64,000 bases of DNA from Tubiluchus corallicola (lineage: Eukaryota > Animalia > Priapulida), in NCBI GenBank assembly GCA_030141605.1, contig JAQGDQ010000555.1, positions 1 through 64,000 of the forward strand, in the 5' to 3' direction. Made by a program: the position numbers and the translations under genes. Below, one piece after another: positions 13,922-25,809 of this stretch. Numbering within the stretch: the stretch's first letter is position 1; each line of letters starts with the position of its first letter. The notes beneath the pieces were generated by a model, which was not told where the DNA came from, searched no databases, and was given only the letters and a program-made list of their open reading frames with translations.

Positions 13922-15590
13922 AGATCTTGTTGAATTGCTCTACTCTCAAGGCTCGTGTAAAAGTTTGACAACTACCAACTCCGAACAACATGCAATCATG
14001 GTCCAGTCTTTTTAATATGCAGATATAATTACTGTTGTGCAATAAGTAAATTGTAAGGCAATTGTGCGTACGAAAAATTGATTATATAATAAACGTCTAG
14101 GGTGCATTTTTTTCTAAAGAAGTAGAATAACGTATGCTAGGCTGCTACGCAGTACCTCGGGATGCAATCTAAAAACCATGTAATACTAAAAATTTGGTGT
14201 GAAAGCTCAACATTTCGCAAAAAACCTTTGTTCATTTTGCACATTAGCGTTCTGAAGATAATAAACATACTATTATTTGATAAATATCTTTCGGTTTTTA
14301 TTCACAAAGTTATGAATTTTAGTTGAAAGTTGTAAAATTTGCAGGGATCTTCGTGAAGTTCAGATGCTTGTTACCAGATTTTATCGTAATTCAGTGCTCA
14401 ACCACTATTGTAGATACAAAATAATGTTAATCAGCAAATTAAGCAGAATTAACACTGATCTACGCTGCCCCCTAGTGTGTTTGAACTGCCACACCTCGCA
14501 TGCAGTAGCTCGTTGGCACAGTGCCAATAGACGTGCGAAGAAACAGTTCATTGGTTAGTAACGCTTTAACTTTATACCACATGAATTATAAGAAGACAAT
14601 CATCAGAATTTTTTATTTTTATTTGGTTATATGCGCTACTTATGTAATGTTATGTTATTTAGTGAGTTTGTTTAGATACCAGAAAGCCTGTCTTGTTGTG
14701 GATGTTTGTTTACCGATCTTTGGTGACCTCGTAATCGAGTGTACACATTACTTCATTCGTCTCGAGCAAGCAAAAATGGCGGTACTTCGTTATCAATGTA
14801 ATGATAAAAATTAAAAAGAAACGAGTTTCGCAGTAAGAATATAATATAATAAATTGAATATTCGTGATGTGAGTAGGATTTTAAGTCGTAATAGGATTAA
14901 TATAACGAGCGTTTAGTTTGACTTTAATTAGGCCTCCAAGTGGTAATATGAGACATCTTGCCACAACAACGGTAAATTTCAATTACAGTTAACACGTGTT
15001 ACAATGTTTAGCATTTGTTTTACTTTTCATTTTTTAAATAATGGAGACAGCTAATACAACGGCGATACCTTTGCAAGAGTGAAAACACCACCTTCCCCCC
15101 CCCCCCCGTAGTTGTAATTAATATAATATTGAACGTATTTGAAGCGGAAGGGGTCAAATGACATCTGCTTGTGCAAGAGAACACGTGACTTCATGGGCAA
15201 AATTATAAAACTGGCTGAACACGCTTGTGATGGTTTCACCCGTTTCCGGTGGCTGAGGGTTAAATATGAATAAAATCATAGAAGGCAATTCTAATTCTTA
15301 ATCACAAAAGTACAGATGATTATTTAAAGAATGCCGTACTTAAGAAGCGACAGAAACACGTCGTTTCAAACTACCAGAGATTGATTTTCAGCTGAAAGGA
15401 AAGAAACACATCTCATGAAATAACCAACACTGGTTCACTTGAACATAAATCAAAGCGGCAGTTTGACACGTCATATTTTTCATTGTTTCGAAATCATGGA
15501 TTTTTTAAGTAATAACAGTAGCCTCTTGGGACTATGTGATTTTGAGGAATAAACTTAAATGTACTCCCATTTAAATGTACCGTCTTTTAC

Positions 15591-15731
15591 TTAGAAATAA
15601 TTTGTGACGAAAGTATAAATGATTTCAGCCAGTTCTGGGCAAAACGTTTCGCATTTGTCCTCGTAGCGCAGATATCTTGGTAGTTCTATCTGTATGGCGT
15701 CTACAATACCGCCTTCACGGGAACCATGAAC
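15591..15731 (-). CDS. N-formylglutamate amidohydrolase-like secreted protein, exon 6 (VHGSREGGIVDAIQIELPRYLR...YF*)
   Basis: Acceptor TTTGTAG|GTT; the HGS...AIQIE motif is typical of the FGase-like Zn-exopeptidase fold; in frame with exon 5. Confidence 0.85.
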   Translation of the reverse strand, partial: VHGSREGGIVDAIQIELPRYLRYEDKCETFCPELAEIIYTFVTNYF

Positions 15732-15829
15732 CTACAAACAACATAGGCAATGGATTTGCAATTTACAACAAAGTCACAATTTAGTAATTATAATATGCAA
15801 AAAAAAACAATATGCTTACTTGAGTTCTT

Positions 15830-15955
15830 AATTGCTTACTTACTTACTTGCTTACTTACTTACTTACTTACTCAATTACTCACTCACTCACCCACTCACT
15901 CACTCACTCACTCACTCACTCAGTTATTAATGTACTTTCTTACTTACCTCTAGCA
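15830..15955. repeat. (TTAC)n/(TCAC)n compound tetranucleotide repeat
   Basis: Direct reading. Confidence 0.9.
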
Positions 15956-15995
15956 TGCATACCTACTTGATTACTTAAACTGCTTACTTATTAAA

Positions 15996-17192
15996 TTATC
16001 TACCCCTACCAGTAACAGCAGCAGTAGTGGTAGCATTACCATCACCAGTAACAGCAGCAGCAGTGGTAGCATTACCATCACCAGTAACAGCAGCAGCAGT
16101 GGTAGCATTACCACCACCAGTAACCGCAGCAGCAGTGGCAGCATTACCACCACCAGTATCAGCAGCAGCAGCAGTGGCAGCGTTACCACCACCAGTAACA
16201 GCAGCAGCAGTGGTAGCATTACCACCACCAGTAACAGCAGCAGCAGTGGCAGCATTACCACTACCAGTAACAGCAGCAGCAGTGGTAGCATTACCAGCAC
16301 CAGTAACAGCAGCAACAGTGGTAGCATTACCACCACCAGTAACAGCAGCAGCAGTGGTAGCATTACCACCACCAGTAACAGCAGCAGCAGTGGCAGCATT
16401 ACCACCACCAGTAACAGCAGCAGCAGTGGCAGCATTACCACCACCAGTAACAGCAGCAGCAGTGGTAGCATTACCACCACCAGTAACAGCAGCAGCAGTG
16501 GTAGCATTACCACCACCAGTAACAGCAGCAGCAGTGGCAGCATTACCAGCACCAGTAACAGCAGCAACAGTGGTAGCATTACCACCACCAGTAACAGCAG
16601 CAGCAGTGGTAGCATTACCACCACCAGTAACAGCAGCAGCAGTGGCAGCATTACCACCACCAGTAACAGCAGCAGCAGTGGCAGCATTACCACCACCAGT
16701 AACAGCAGCAGCAGTGGTAGCATTACCACCACCAGTAACAGCAGCAGCAGTGGTAGCATTACCACCACCAGTAACAGCAGCAGCAGTGGTAGCATTACCA
16801 GCACCAGTAACAGCAGCAGCAGTGGTAGCATTACCACCACCAGTAACAGCAGCAGCAGTGGTAGCATTACCACCACCAGTAACAGCAGCAGCAGTGGCAG
16901 CATTACCATCACCAGTAACAGCAGCAGCAGTGGTAGCATTACCACCACCAGTAACAGCAGCAGCAGTGGTAGCATTACCATCACCAGTAACAGCAGCAGC
17001 AGTGGTAGCATTACCACCACTAGTAACCGCAGCAGCAGTGGTAGCACCACCACCACTAGTAACCGCAGCGTCATCAGCCATACCAGAACAAACCTGCCAC
17101 AAAACAGAAATCGACACCAGTATTTGACAACTTCTCGACACAAAAAAAGCAAAAATAAAATGGCTAACAAGCTAAAAAGCAACTCACACCAT
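15996..17192 (-). CDS. Putative nested secreted Thr/Ala/Gly-rich glycoprotein (mucin/antifreeze-glycoprotein-like), (GGGNATTAAAVT) x ~29
   Basis: TATAAA at ~17228-17233; ATG at 17192 followed by GT|GTGAGT donor; 57-nt intron to a NAGNAG acceptor (17131) gives MVCQILVSISVLWQVCSGMA-DD (signal-peptide-like) in frame with the repeat; ends at stop 15996 or splices at G|GTAGGG (16010). Could also be a non-coding minisatellite. Confidence 0.5.
16010..17075. repeat. 36-bp tandem repeat (CCACCACCAGTAACAGCAGCAGCAGTGGYAGCATTA)n, ~29 copies
   Basis: Direct tandem units; the length variant seen is a whole codon. Confidence 0.97.
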
Positions 17193-17264
17193 GTTAGAAT
17201 TGAACAGTTAGAAGTAGTAGTGATTGTTTATAAAGAGATGTTTATTTATTAAAAAGATGCAAAC

Positions 17265-17361
17265 CCTTGTGTTGTAACCTCCACTATAGTACCCTCCGCC
17301 GTCTGGACCAGGATGCTGTGGAGATGGAACAGATTTATAACCCTTTTCTTGAAACTGGTAG
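17265..17361 (-). CDS. FGase-like protein, exon 5 (YQFQEKGYKSVPSPQHPGPDGGGYYSGGYNTR)
   Basis: Acceptor TTTCAG|C; VPSP..P.P....YYSGGY.T motif; phase-0 donor AGG|GTTTGC. Confidence 0.85.
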
Positions 17362-18059
17362 CTGAAATAACCGTTATATTTTGAATTAACAGAGGAGTAT
17401 CAGGTAAAGTCCAATATCAGATTTCATTGAAGATAACTCCAACATCGACATTAAAGAGTGCTGGTTTATATACACCTACGCAAGAATGCAGTGAGTGTAG
17501 TAATCAATGTGGTTATGTTCTAATTCGGCCATTGTTGTGCAAACTATCATATTGCGTTTTTATAAACAATTTGGTAATCAGAGAAGTTGAAAAAAGTAGT
17601 TTGCAGTCTTGAATATCTTTACAAAAATGCTTCTATACAAAAATTATATTACCATTACACTTCACCCTATGAGCTTTATGATCGAATATGTAAACAATTG
17701 CGTATAAACCTGTCAGTATTTTTTGAAGCTTTTTAAAACAAATTTTTGAAACATTGTTTAAATCTACAGTCATTGTGGTCAAATTTATAAGCATTTCTGA
17801 TTTCTAAGCAAACATGCAAAGTTTTCACAATGTTGTCGCGATACTTTTTTCAAATATCGGGACAATATGGAAAAGGGAATTGTTCCAACATTGTAAAAAA
17901 TTTAATCAATATGTTTTTTTCATATTGTGACAATGTTGTGACAATATTAGTTCTATCACAACGTTGTCACAAAATCGAAAAGAATATTGTAAAAAAATAT
18001 TGGTCTAATTTTGTGGCAAGTCCACATCTCACTAATCTACCAGTTATTTGCAAAAATGT

Positions 18060-20790
18060 TGTCACAGCATTGTGTTCAAATCTGCCAGCATTGTGTTCAG
18101 ATCTCTCAACGTTGTATTCAAATCTGCCAGCATTGTGTTCAGATCTCTCAACATTGTGTTCAAATCTGCCAGCATTGTGTTCAGATCTCTCAACGTTGTA
18201 TTCAAATCTGCCAGCATTGTGTTCAGATCTCTCAACGTTGTGTTCAAATCTGCCAGCATTGTGTTCAGATCTCTCAACGTTGTGTTCAAATCTGCCAGCA
18301 TTGTGTTCAGATCTCTCAACGTTGTATTCAAATCTGCCAGCATTGTGTTCAGATCTCTCAACGTTGTGTTCAAATCTGCCAGCATTGTGTTCAGATCTCT
18401 CAACGTTGTATTCAAATCTGCCAGCATTGCGTTCAGATCTCTCAACGTTGTGTTCAAATCAGCCAGCATTGTGTTCAGATCTCTCAACGTTGTATTCAAA
18501 TCTGCCAGCATTGTGTTCATATCTCTCAACGTTGTGTTCAAATCTGCCAGCATTGTGTTCAGATCTCTCAACGTTGTATTCAAATCTGCCAGCATTGTGT
18601 TCAGATCTCTCAACGTTGTGTTCAAATCTGCCAGCATTGTGTTCAGATCTCTCAACGTTGTATTCAAATCTGCCAGCATTGTGTTCAGATCTCTCAACGT
18701 TGTGTTCAAATCTGCCAGCATTATGTTCAAATCTGCCAGCATTGTGTTCAGATCTCTCAACGTTGTGTTCAAATCCGCGAGCATTGTGTTCAGATCTCTC
18801 AACGTTGTATTCAAATCTGCCAGCATTGTTTTCAGATCTCTCAACGTTGTGTTCAAATCTGCCAGCATTGTGTTCAAATCTGTCAGCATTGTGTTCAGAT
18901 CTCTCAACGTTGTATTCAAATCTGCCAGCACTGTGTTCAGATCTCTCAACGTTGTGTTCAAATCTGCCAGCATTGTGTTCAAATCTGTCAGCATTATGTT
19001 CAAATCTGCCAGCATCGTGTTCAGATCTCTCAACGTTGTGTTCAAATCTGCCAGCATTGTCTTCAGATCTCTCAACGTTGTATTCAAATCTGCCAGCATT
19101 GTGTTCAGATCTCTCAACGTTGTGTTCAAATCTGCCAGCATTATGTTCAAATCTGCCAGCATTATGTTCAGATCTCTCAACGTTGTGTTCAAATCCGCGA
19201 GCATTGTGTTCAGATCTCTCAACGTTGTATTCAAATCTGCCAGCATTGTGTTCAGATCTCTCAACGTTGTGTTCAAATCTGCCAGCATTGTGTTCAAATC
19301 TGTCAGCATTGTGTTCAGATCTCTCAACGTTGTATTCAAATCTGCCAGCACTGTGTTCAGATCTCTCAACGTTGTGTTCAAATCTGCCAGCATTGTGTTC
19401 AAATCTGTCAGCATTATGTTCAAATCTGCCAGCATCGTGTTCAATTCTGCCAGCATTGTGTTCAAATCTGCCAGCATTGTGTTCAGATCTCTCAACGTTG
19501 TATTCAAATCTGCCAGCATTGTGTTCAGATCTCTCAACATTGTGTTCAAATCTGCCAGCATTGTGTTCAGATCTCTCAACGTTGTATTCAAATCTGCCAG
19601 CATTGTGTTCAGATCTCTCAACGTTGTGTTCAAATCTGCCAGCATTGTGTTCAGATCTCTCAACGTTGTGTTCAAATCTGCCAGCATTGTGTTCAAATCT
19701 CTCAACGTTGTATTCAAATCTGCCAGCATTGTGTTCAGATCTCTCAACGTTGTGTTCAAATCTGCCAGCATTGTGTTCAGATCTCTCAACGTTGTATTCA
19801 AATCTGCCAGCATTGTGTTCAGATCTCTCAACGTTGTGTTCAAATCTGCCAGCATTATGTTCAAATCTGCCAGCATTGTGTTCAGATCTCTCAACGTTGT
19901 GTTCATATCCGCCAGCATTGTGTTCAGATCTCTCAACGTTGTATTCAAATCTGCCAGCATTGTGTTCAGATCTCTCAACGTTGTGTTCAAATCTGCCAGC
20001 ATTGTGTTCAAATCTGTCAGCATTGTGTTCAGATCTCTCAACGTTGTATTCAAATCTGCCAGCATTGTGTTCAGATCTCTCAACGTTGTGTTCAAATCTG
20101 CCAGCATTGTGTTCAAATCTGTCAGCATTATGTTCAAATCTGCCAGCATCGTGTTCAATTCTGCCAGCATTGTGTTCAAATCTGCCAGCATTGTGTTCAG
20201 ATCTCTCAACGTTGTATTCAAATCTGCCAGCATTGTGTGCAGATCTCTCAACGTTGCATTCAAATCTGTCAACATTGTGTTCAGATCTCTCAACGTTGTA
20301 TTCAAATCTGTCAACATTCTGTTCAGATCTCTCAACGTTGTATTCAAATCTGTCAACAATGTGTTCAAATCTGTCAACGTTGTATTCAAATCTGTCAATA
20401 TTGTGTTCAAATCTGTCAACATTGTGTTCAGATCTCTCAACGTTGTATTCAAATCTGTCAACATTGTGTTCAAATCTGTCAACGTTGTATTCAAATCTGT
20501 CAATATTGTGTTCAAATCTGTCAATATTGTGTTCAGATCTCTCAACATTGTGTTCAAATCTGTCAACATTGTGTTCAAACTTGTCAACATTGTGTTGAAA
20601 TCTGTCAACATTGTGTTCAAATCTGTCAACATTGTGTTCAGATCTCTCAACATTGTGTTCAAATCTGTCAACATTGTGTTCAAACTTGTCAACATTGTGT
20701 TGAAATCTGTCAACATTGTGTTTAAATCTGTCAACATTGTGTTCAAACTTGTCAACATTGCGTTCAAATCTCTCAGCATTATGTTCAAAG
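18060..20790. repeat. 21-bp satellite (TTGTGTTCAAATCTGCCAGCA / TTGTGTTCAGATCTCTCAACG alternating), ~130 monomers, with higher-order structure; in intron 4 of the FGase-like gene
   Basis: 42/84-bp alternation; rare variants recur at 420-bp spacing (AAATCCGCGA at 18771 and 19191). Confidence 0.97.
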
Positions 20791-21011
20791 TACTTACTCG
20801 GATTAATGTTATACTTGTTGTTCTTGTACACTTTACAAAAAGTGCTACTAAGGTTTCATAATTCGTATCAAGGGCATAACGGAGCCCAAATTTTGAGTTT
20901 CTTCGTAGTTGCTTTGGAGGAGTTAAATGTTAGCGGGATTTGCCGGTAAGATTATTGTGCTTGTTATTGCAGATTTGGCGAAGATTGTTTTGGAATTGTT
21001 CTTTAACCTAC

Positions 21012-21220
21012 CCCATGCTATTGAGCCCTCGAATAATCGTGTCAAATGGAACATGGTTGTTCACTGCTGCTAGATGTCTGATGCTGGTGTCTTCAGACAC
21101 AAAACTTCCAGCGTCTAAGTTCTTGCCGCTGACCAAGTAGCCCAACTCAACCCATTCTTCAGAGTGAGATTGACCATGCAGGTCGATAACCAAAGCTCTA
21201 CCGTTAATTTCTTGCTTACT
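21012..21220 (-). CDS. FGase-like protein, exon 4 (…ALVIDLHGQSHSEEWVELGY…)
   Basis: Acceptor TTGCAG|AGT; DLHG metal-ligand motif; phase-2 donor GG|GTAGGT. Confidence 0.9.
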
Positions 21221-21903
21221 CTGCAAAAATTGTCAACATTATTAGCGTCAGATTATCTTATTAACGTGAAAATTTATAATATAAGATAAATTTTTTTCAT
21301 TAATTCGTATTCATAAGTATTCATCTAGCTCAGGCAACAACTTTACACTACAACTGTTTATTTACCATTAATTACCGTTAATTATTGTAATTTCGTACCA
21401 TTAAGCTGTTAATGCTGCTCTATCATCAGTGTTGCCACCATCTTCATCACCGCTGCTTCCATTACCCTGCATCTCAATCGCTACTTAACCACTATTATGC
21501 CTATCATCATCGATCATCATCACCATCATCATCATCTCCATTAATCGTCATCATTACCATAGCCGTCATCGCCGGCGTTATCGTTATCGTCATCATCATC
21601 ATCATCATTATCACTACATCATCAAGCCCAACACGCAAAATCACCATTATAATTTTAATGGATGTCATAAAAGGATGTCTCCTGTCAGTGTATTACTATC
21701 AATCCTTTCGACCCTACCACAATAACTACAATTGCCACTGTTAACGCCATTGCATCCATAGTCATTGATCTCGTCATTGTTCTTGCAAGTTGTCTTTTTC
21801 ATCGTTATCTTCATCGTTCTCATCATCATCATTATCATCATCATCAAAACTGCTCGTACTCGCTTTTATACTCCCTAAGTAAAAGGGAACATGGTGACGA
21901 TAC

Positions 21904-22095
21904 CTCATTGATGAAATTCTGGAACTCGTACCATGCCAGTTCTGCTTCTTCTACTTGGAACGCTGCTTCATTTATTTCTCTGTTGGCGTCCATCTTAGAT
22001 CGGTGCAGAAGGTTGATGACAACGTATGGCCTAACGCCGAATTGTTGAAAGAAACTATCAGCAACGTTCTGCGCAGTTTCTCTAGTATACATATC
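21904..22095 (-). CDS. FGase-like protein, exon 3 (DMYTRE…LHRSKMDANRE…)
   Basis: Acceptor TTGTAG|GAT; D..T and R..xDxNR motifs of the FGase family; donor GAG|GTATCG. Confidence 0.9.
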
Positions 22096-23282
22096 CTACA
22101 AACAAAAAGTCTAGAAAGTTTGAGAAAATATTTAAAGAGCGAATTGCCATGTTAATGGCTTTTCAACCCCCCTGTGCTGTTTTAATCATTTTCGATTATA
22201 GTCAAATATAAGTTCGAACTATACATGTCGTTGCCTATGTCTCTCTTTTCTGATGCTTCGTAATATCTAGCCTAATGTAGTTAGCTAATGGATGCCAATC
22301 TGATTGTCTAAAATGACTAATCTTTACGCAAAGTTTGGATAAGCTATACTTTACTGAATAAACGAATTTACAAGGGAAGCTTGCTGTGTTATAAGTCTGC
22401 AATTCGCTGCGGAGTATCAACTACGCTAAGACGCTCTAGGCTGATAGTTCTGTTCCGCCCATCTCTATTGTGAATTCATGGTTATTTATGTAAAGAGCAG
22501 ATTAAATAATTACTTGTGGTGTATTAGAAACACGATTTAGTGGTTATTATTAATTACATGTATTTGCTCGTCGTTATATTTAAGCAGACTGCTCATCTTC
22601 TTGTTTGTAATACTTTGCACTTATACATTCACTGTTATGAGGCACTTTTATAAAAACAGCTATCAGTAACAGTCTGTGGTGTGATATAAAATACACCCTA
22701 TACATATATATGAAAGTATACTCATTCTCCGAGTAGAATAAGAATGTTTTCTAAAATGACGCGCCCCTCATACTTTGGAGCCCTAGGCTATGGCCTAGTT
22801 AGCCTATTGGTTAATACACCCCTAGTAGTTCGCCTCTAATCCACATCTAGGTTACTGTTCATTGTTACTCTGCTTAGACGGTTGACATAGGACTGAAAGT
22901 TGTATAATGTTTTTCTTCGTTGTAGCTTAAACCTTTTTGACTGTAGTTTTTGCCACAGACCATTTTACAATTTCACTCACTTAATCTTTAAACACTCATG
23001 GTATCATAAAAAGAAAATCAATTCTTAAAAATTTTAATTGCTCTTAAAAAGCACATCGCTAGTGTAGGATTCTACAAACAAACAACCCGGCTTTGCCTTT
23101 ATTTATTTGTTTGTTTGTGCAATCTTACACTGATGAAGACTGCAAGCTGCAGGTGAAATATTTTGCAACGTTTACAATTTGCTTCAATGGTTGGAATTCA
23201 CTCGGAGATATAAAAACTGAAAATAACATTTTATATTTGTGAAAGTTTATACAAGATATTTACAAAAATATCAAGCTGTTAC

Positions 23283-23418
23283 CTTAGCTGTAGAAACTTT
23301 GCAGTTGTCAAAATCTTTTGAGCCACAGTCATGTGAATAGACACAAGTACCACCAGTATAGCACCCAGCATCCCGATCTGGAATTGAAAATGGTTTCTCG
23401 TCTCCTCCGTGTGGGGCG
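23283..23418 (-). CDS. FGase-like protein, exon 2 (SAPHGG…, with a 4-Cys insert CYTGGTCVYSHDCGSKDFDNC)
   Basis: Acceptor TTTCAG|C; PHGG motif; donor AAG|GTAAC. Confidence 0.9.
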
Positions 23419-23454
23419 CTGAAAAAAAATCGGTGAGCATAGATCGTGGAGAGC

Positions 23455-23840
23455 CCTTGTTAGAGCATCAACAGGTACCACCTGCAACTGTGAGCATAGA
23501 TCGTGAAGAGCTCTTGTTAGAGCATGAACAGGTACCACCTGCAAGGGCCCTTGCTAGAGCATGAACAGGTACCACCTGCAAGGGCCCTTGCTAGAGCATG
23601 AACAGGTACCACCTGCAAGGGCCCTTGCTAGAGCATGAACAGGTACCACCTACAAGGGCCCTTGCTAGAGCATGAACAGGTACCACCTGCAAGGGCCCTT
23701 GCTAGAGCATGAACAGGTACCACCTGCAAGGGCCCTTGCTAGAGCATGAACAGGTACCACCTGCAAGGGCCCTTGCTAGAGCATGAACAGGTACCACCTG
23801 CAAGGGCCCTTGCTAGAGCATGAACAGGTACCACCTGCAA
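23455..23840. repeat. 37-bp tandem minisatellite (AGGGCCCTTGCTAGAGCATGAACAGGTACCACCTGCA)n, ~9-10 copies
   Basis: Direct tandem units without spacers, next to the exon-2 acceptor. Confidence 0.95.
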
Positions 23841-24399
23841 CTGTTAGTTTTTTTCAAATGTTTTCATCGTACCAACTGACATTGGCCAAAAATACGATTT
23901 TTTTTATTTTTAAATAACCCACTTTTATCGAAACTGCATTTTCTTTAGCAGTAATGAATTCACGTAATTTTCTCGTATAAAATAATCATTGTGCTTGTCC
24001 TTGAACTGTTCTCCCCGCACTTATGCATCAATTTGGTGGCAAAAAGGCTAGGCAAATTGTGAAAGCAACCTATTAAAATATTTTAGATAATTATAATTAA
24101 ATTTTCTGGGAAAAAACGACGTTTCCACTCCACACTAGCAAACATCTTTAGGAAATAAGAAATATTCATTTGTTTATTATATCTTCATGATGACAGCCAG
24201 AGTTGCTGTGGAAATGTTGGATTTCCCCTTGTAAATGTGTAATAATGTGTATTAAAAATTATTATAATATTGGATTCCATATAAAAAGGATATATTTCCT
24301 GTTGCAAAAGATTTAAAAACTTTAAATCTTATAAATTAAACTTTGCTAACGCAATACATGCAACATAATTACACCGAACCTTGGAAGCGCGCAATATTC

Positions 24400-25000
24400 T
24401 GCCGTGTTTTACCGATCTTAGTCGAGCCTTGGTAGTGTGCAATATTCTGTCGTGTCTTACCCATCTTGATTTTAGTGCTGAACGATCGTCTTTGGTTCTG
24501 CTGTACAGCTGCTTATTTGAAATGATGTTATTATGGTCCTTTTGTTTAAAGATTTTTGTGATTACACCTCATTGAAGCTCATCTATTTCTGTATCATGAG
24601 TTGCAGTCAATCCCACATTTAACTGTTGTGTTTGAAGACATTAGTAACTTGAACATTAAAGAGTAGCAACCTTGTTTTGAAGGATAGTCTCCTGCTAGTA
24701 GGAAGTCATTTAATTTGGACGAAACTGTACATTGTCTGTTGTTTCCTATTTTTCATCTATCTTCTTTGATTGAACCCATGTATTTGGTATTTGCAACGTT
24801 TCCAGGGTTGATCTCGACTCTAGAAATCTAGAAACGCTATATTATATTCTTCAGTTTTCTTGTTGTCGACTCTCAGATTCCTTTTTTTCTAGTTTTTAGA
24901 GCAGTTTTAACTCTCTGTGTGCACAATTTTCGAATGCTAATCCATCCATATCGTGGGCGTATTGTTGGTCTATTAGAAATGGCTCAATGGAATCTGATGC
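24400..25000 (-). mobile_element. Degenerate LINE ORF2 C-terminal relic (RTE-like)
   Basis: Broken frames with KYMGS and …IISNKQLYSRT, typical of the LINE post-RT region; many stops. Confidence 0.35.
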
Positions 25001-25138
25001 AGGAGAAGTATGACCAACCAGACATGGGATTCTCTGCTGTGATCATGATCTGTAGGAGTAACATCTTCGTGTTGGTGTGGGTGTGCATTGGCTAGATGCA
25101 ACGCGAAAAGCACGTTTAAATAACTTAATAAAACTTAC

Positions 25139-25260
25139 GAAATAATGACATTTGTTGTTCCTGGAATATATTCAATATAAGACGTTCTTCTCTTTAGTGA
25201 CTTCATTTCTACAGCCGTCAAAAGAATCGCCAGCAAGAAGCAACTGGCTGCTATCCTCAT
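25139..25260 (-). CDS. FGase-like protein, exon 1 (signal peptide MRIAASCFLLAILLTAVEM…, then YIEYIPGTTNVIIS)
   Basis: ATG 25260; phase-2 donor TC|GTAAGT joins exon 2 as IIS-APHGG; total CDS 897 nt (298 aa). Confidence 0.88.
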
Positions 25261-25547
25261 CCACAACATCGTGTTCAGGTGTCAGTGGAGCTACTAAGTA
25301 AAAAAAATTCGCCAAATAAAAATCCCGATTCATTATGTTTAACCGAAAATGTCCGTGCTATATTTTAATTTGTAATTTGTTACAATTCAACTTACAATTT
25401 ACTTTACAATTCAAAAGTAAAGTGTTAACTTTGTGTTTTAGATCATTCTGCTGCTTTTTTGTTTTACTTTAGTTTAATAATAATAATTTATTATTAATGA
25501 GGCCCCCCCCCATCACATTGATGCACTTTACAATTAAAAATTCTGTT

Positions 25548-25690
25548 TGGGAGGTCGTCTGTCTCCGTCTGGGAGGTCGTGAGTTCGGTACAGTGGCGGG
25601 TAATACCAAAGACTTTAAAAATGGTACCTGCTGTTGCCCTGTATTTAGGAGTGGTATTTAGCGTAAAAGCGGGTTATTAATAGCCACTGT
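25548..25690 (+). mobile_element. tRNA-derived SINE with Meta-SINE-like core
   Basis: Degenerate B-box GAGTTCG followed by GGGTAATACCAAAGACTTTAAAAATGGTACC, resembling the conserved Meta domain. Confidence 0.55.
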
Positions 25691-25775
25691 TACGTAGATG
25701 TAGATTGTTATTTACAGTTGGCCAAAAAACTCTTTGCTAATTGTTCATAAAAAAACCGACTTTAAATAAAGATTG

Positions 25776-25809
<34 letters not shown>

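Noticed and set aside
15235-15263. piggyBac-like end (…AGGG|TTAA)
   Set aside because: No partner TTAA|CCCT terminus identified.
15971-17182. Poly-Leu/Val ORF (-) and Pro/Ala/Val ORF (+) over the 36-bp repeat
   Set aside because: Shadow frames; only the Thr/Ala/Gly frame links to a plausible signal peptide through the ATG-GT|GTGAGT splice.
17830-20861. Five overlapping 790-937 aa ORFs as genes
   Set aside because: They arise from a stop-free 21-bp unit inside an intron; there is no non-repeat domain and no support for a single frame.
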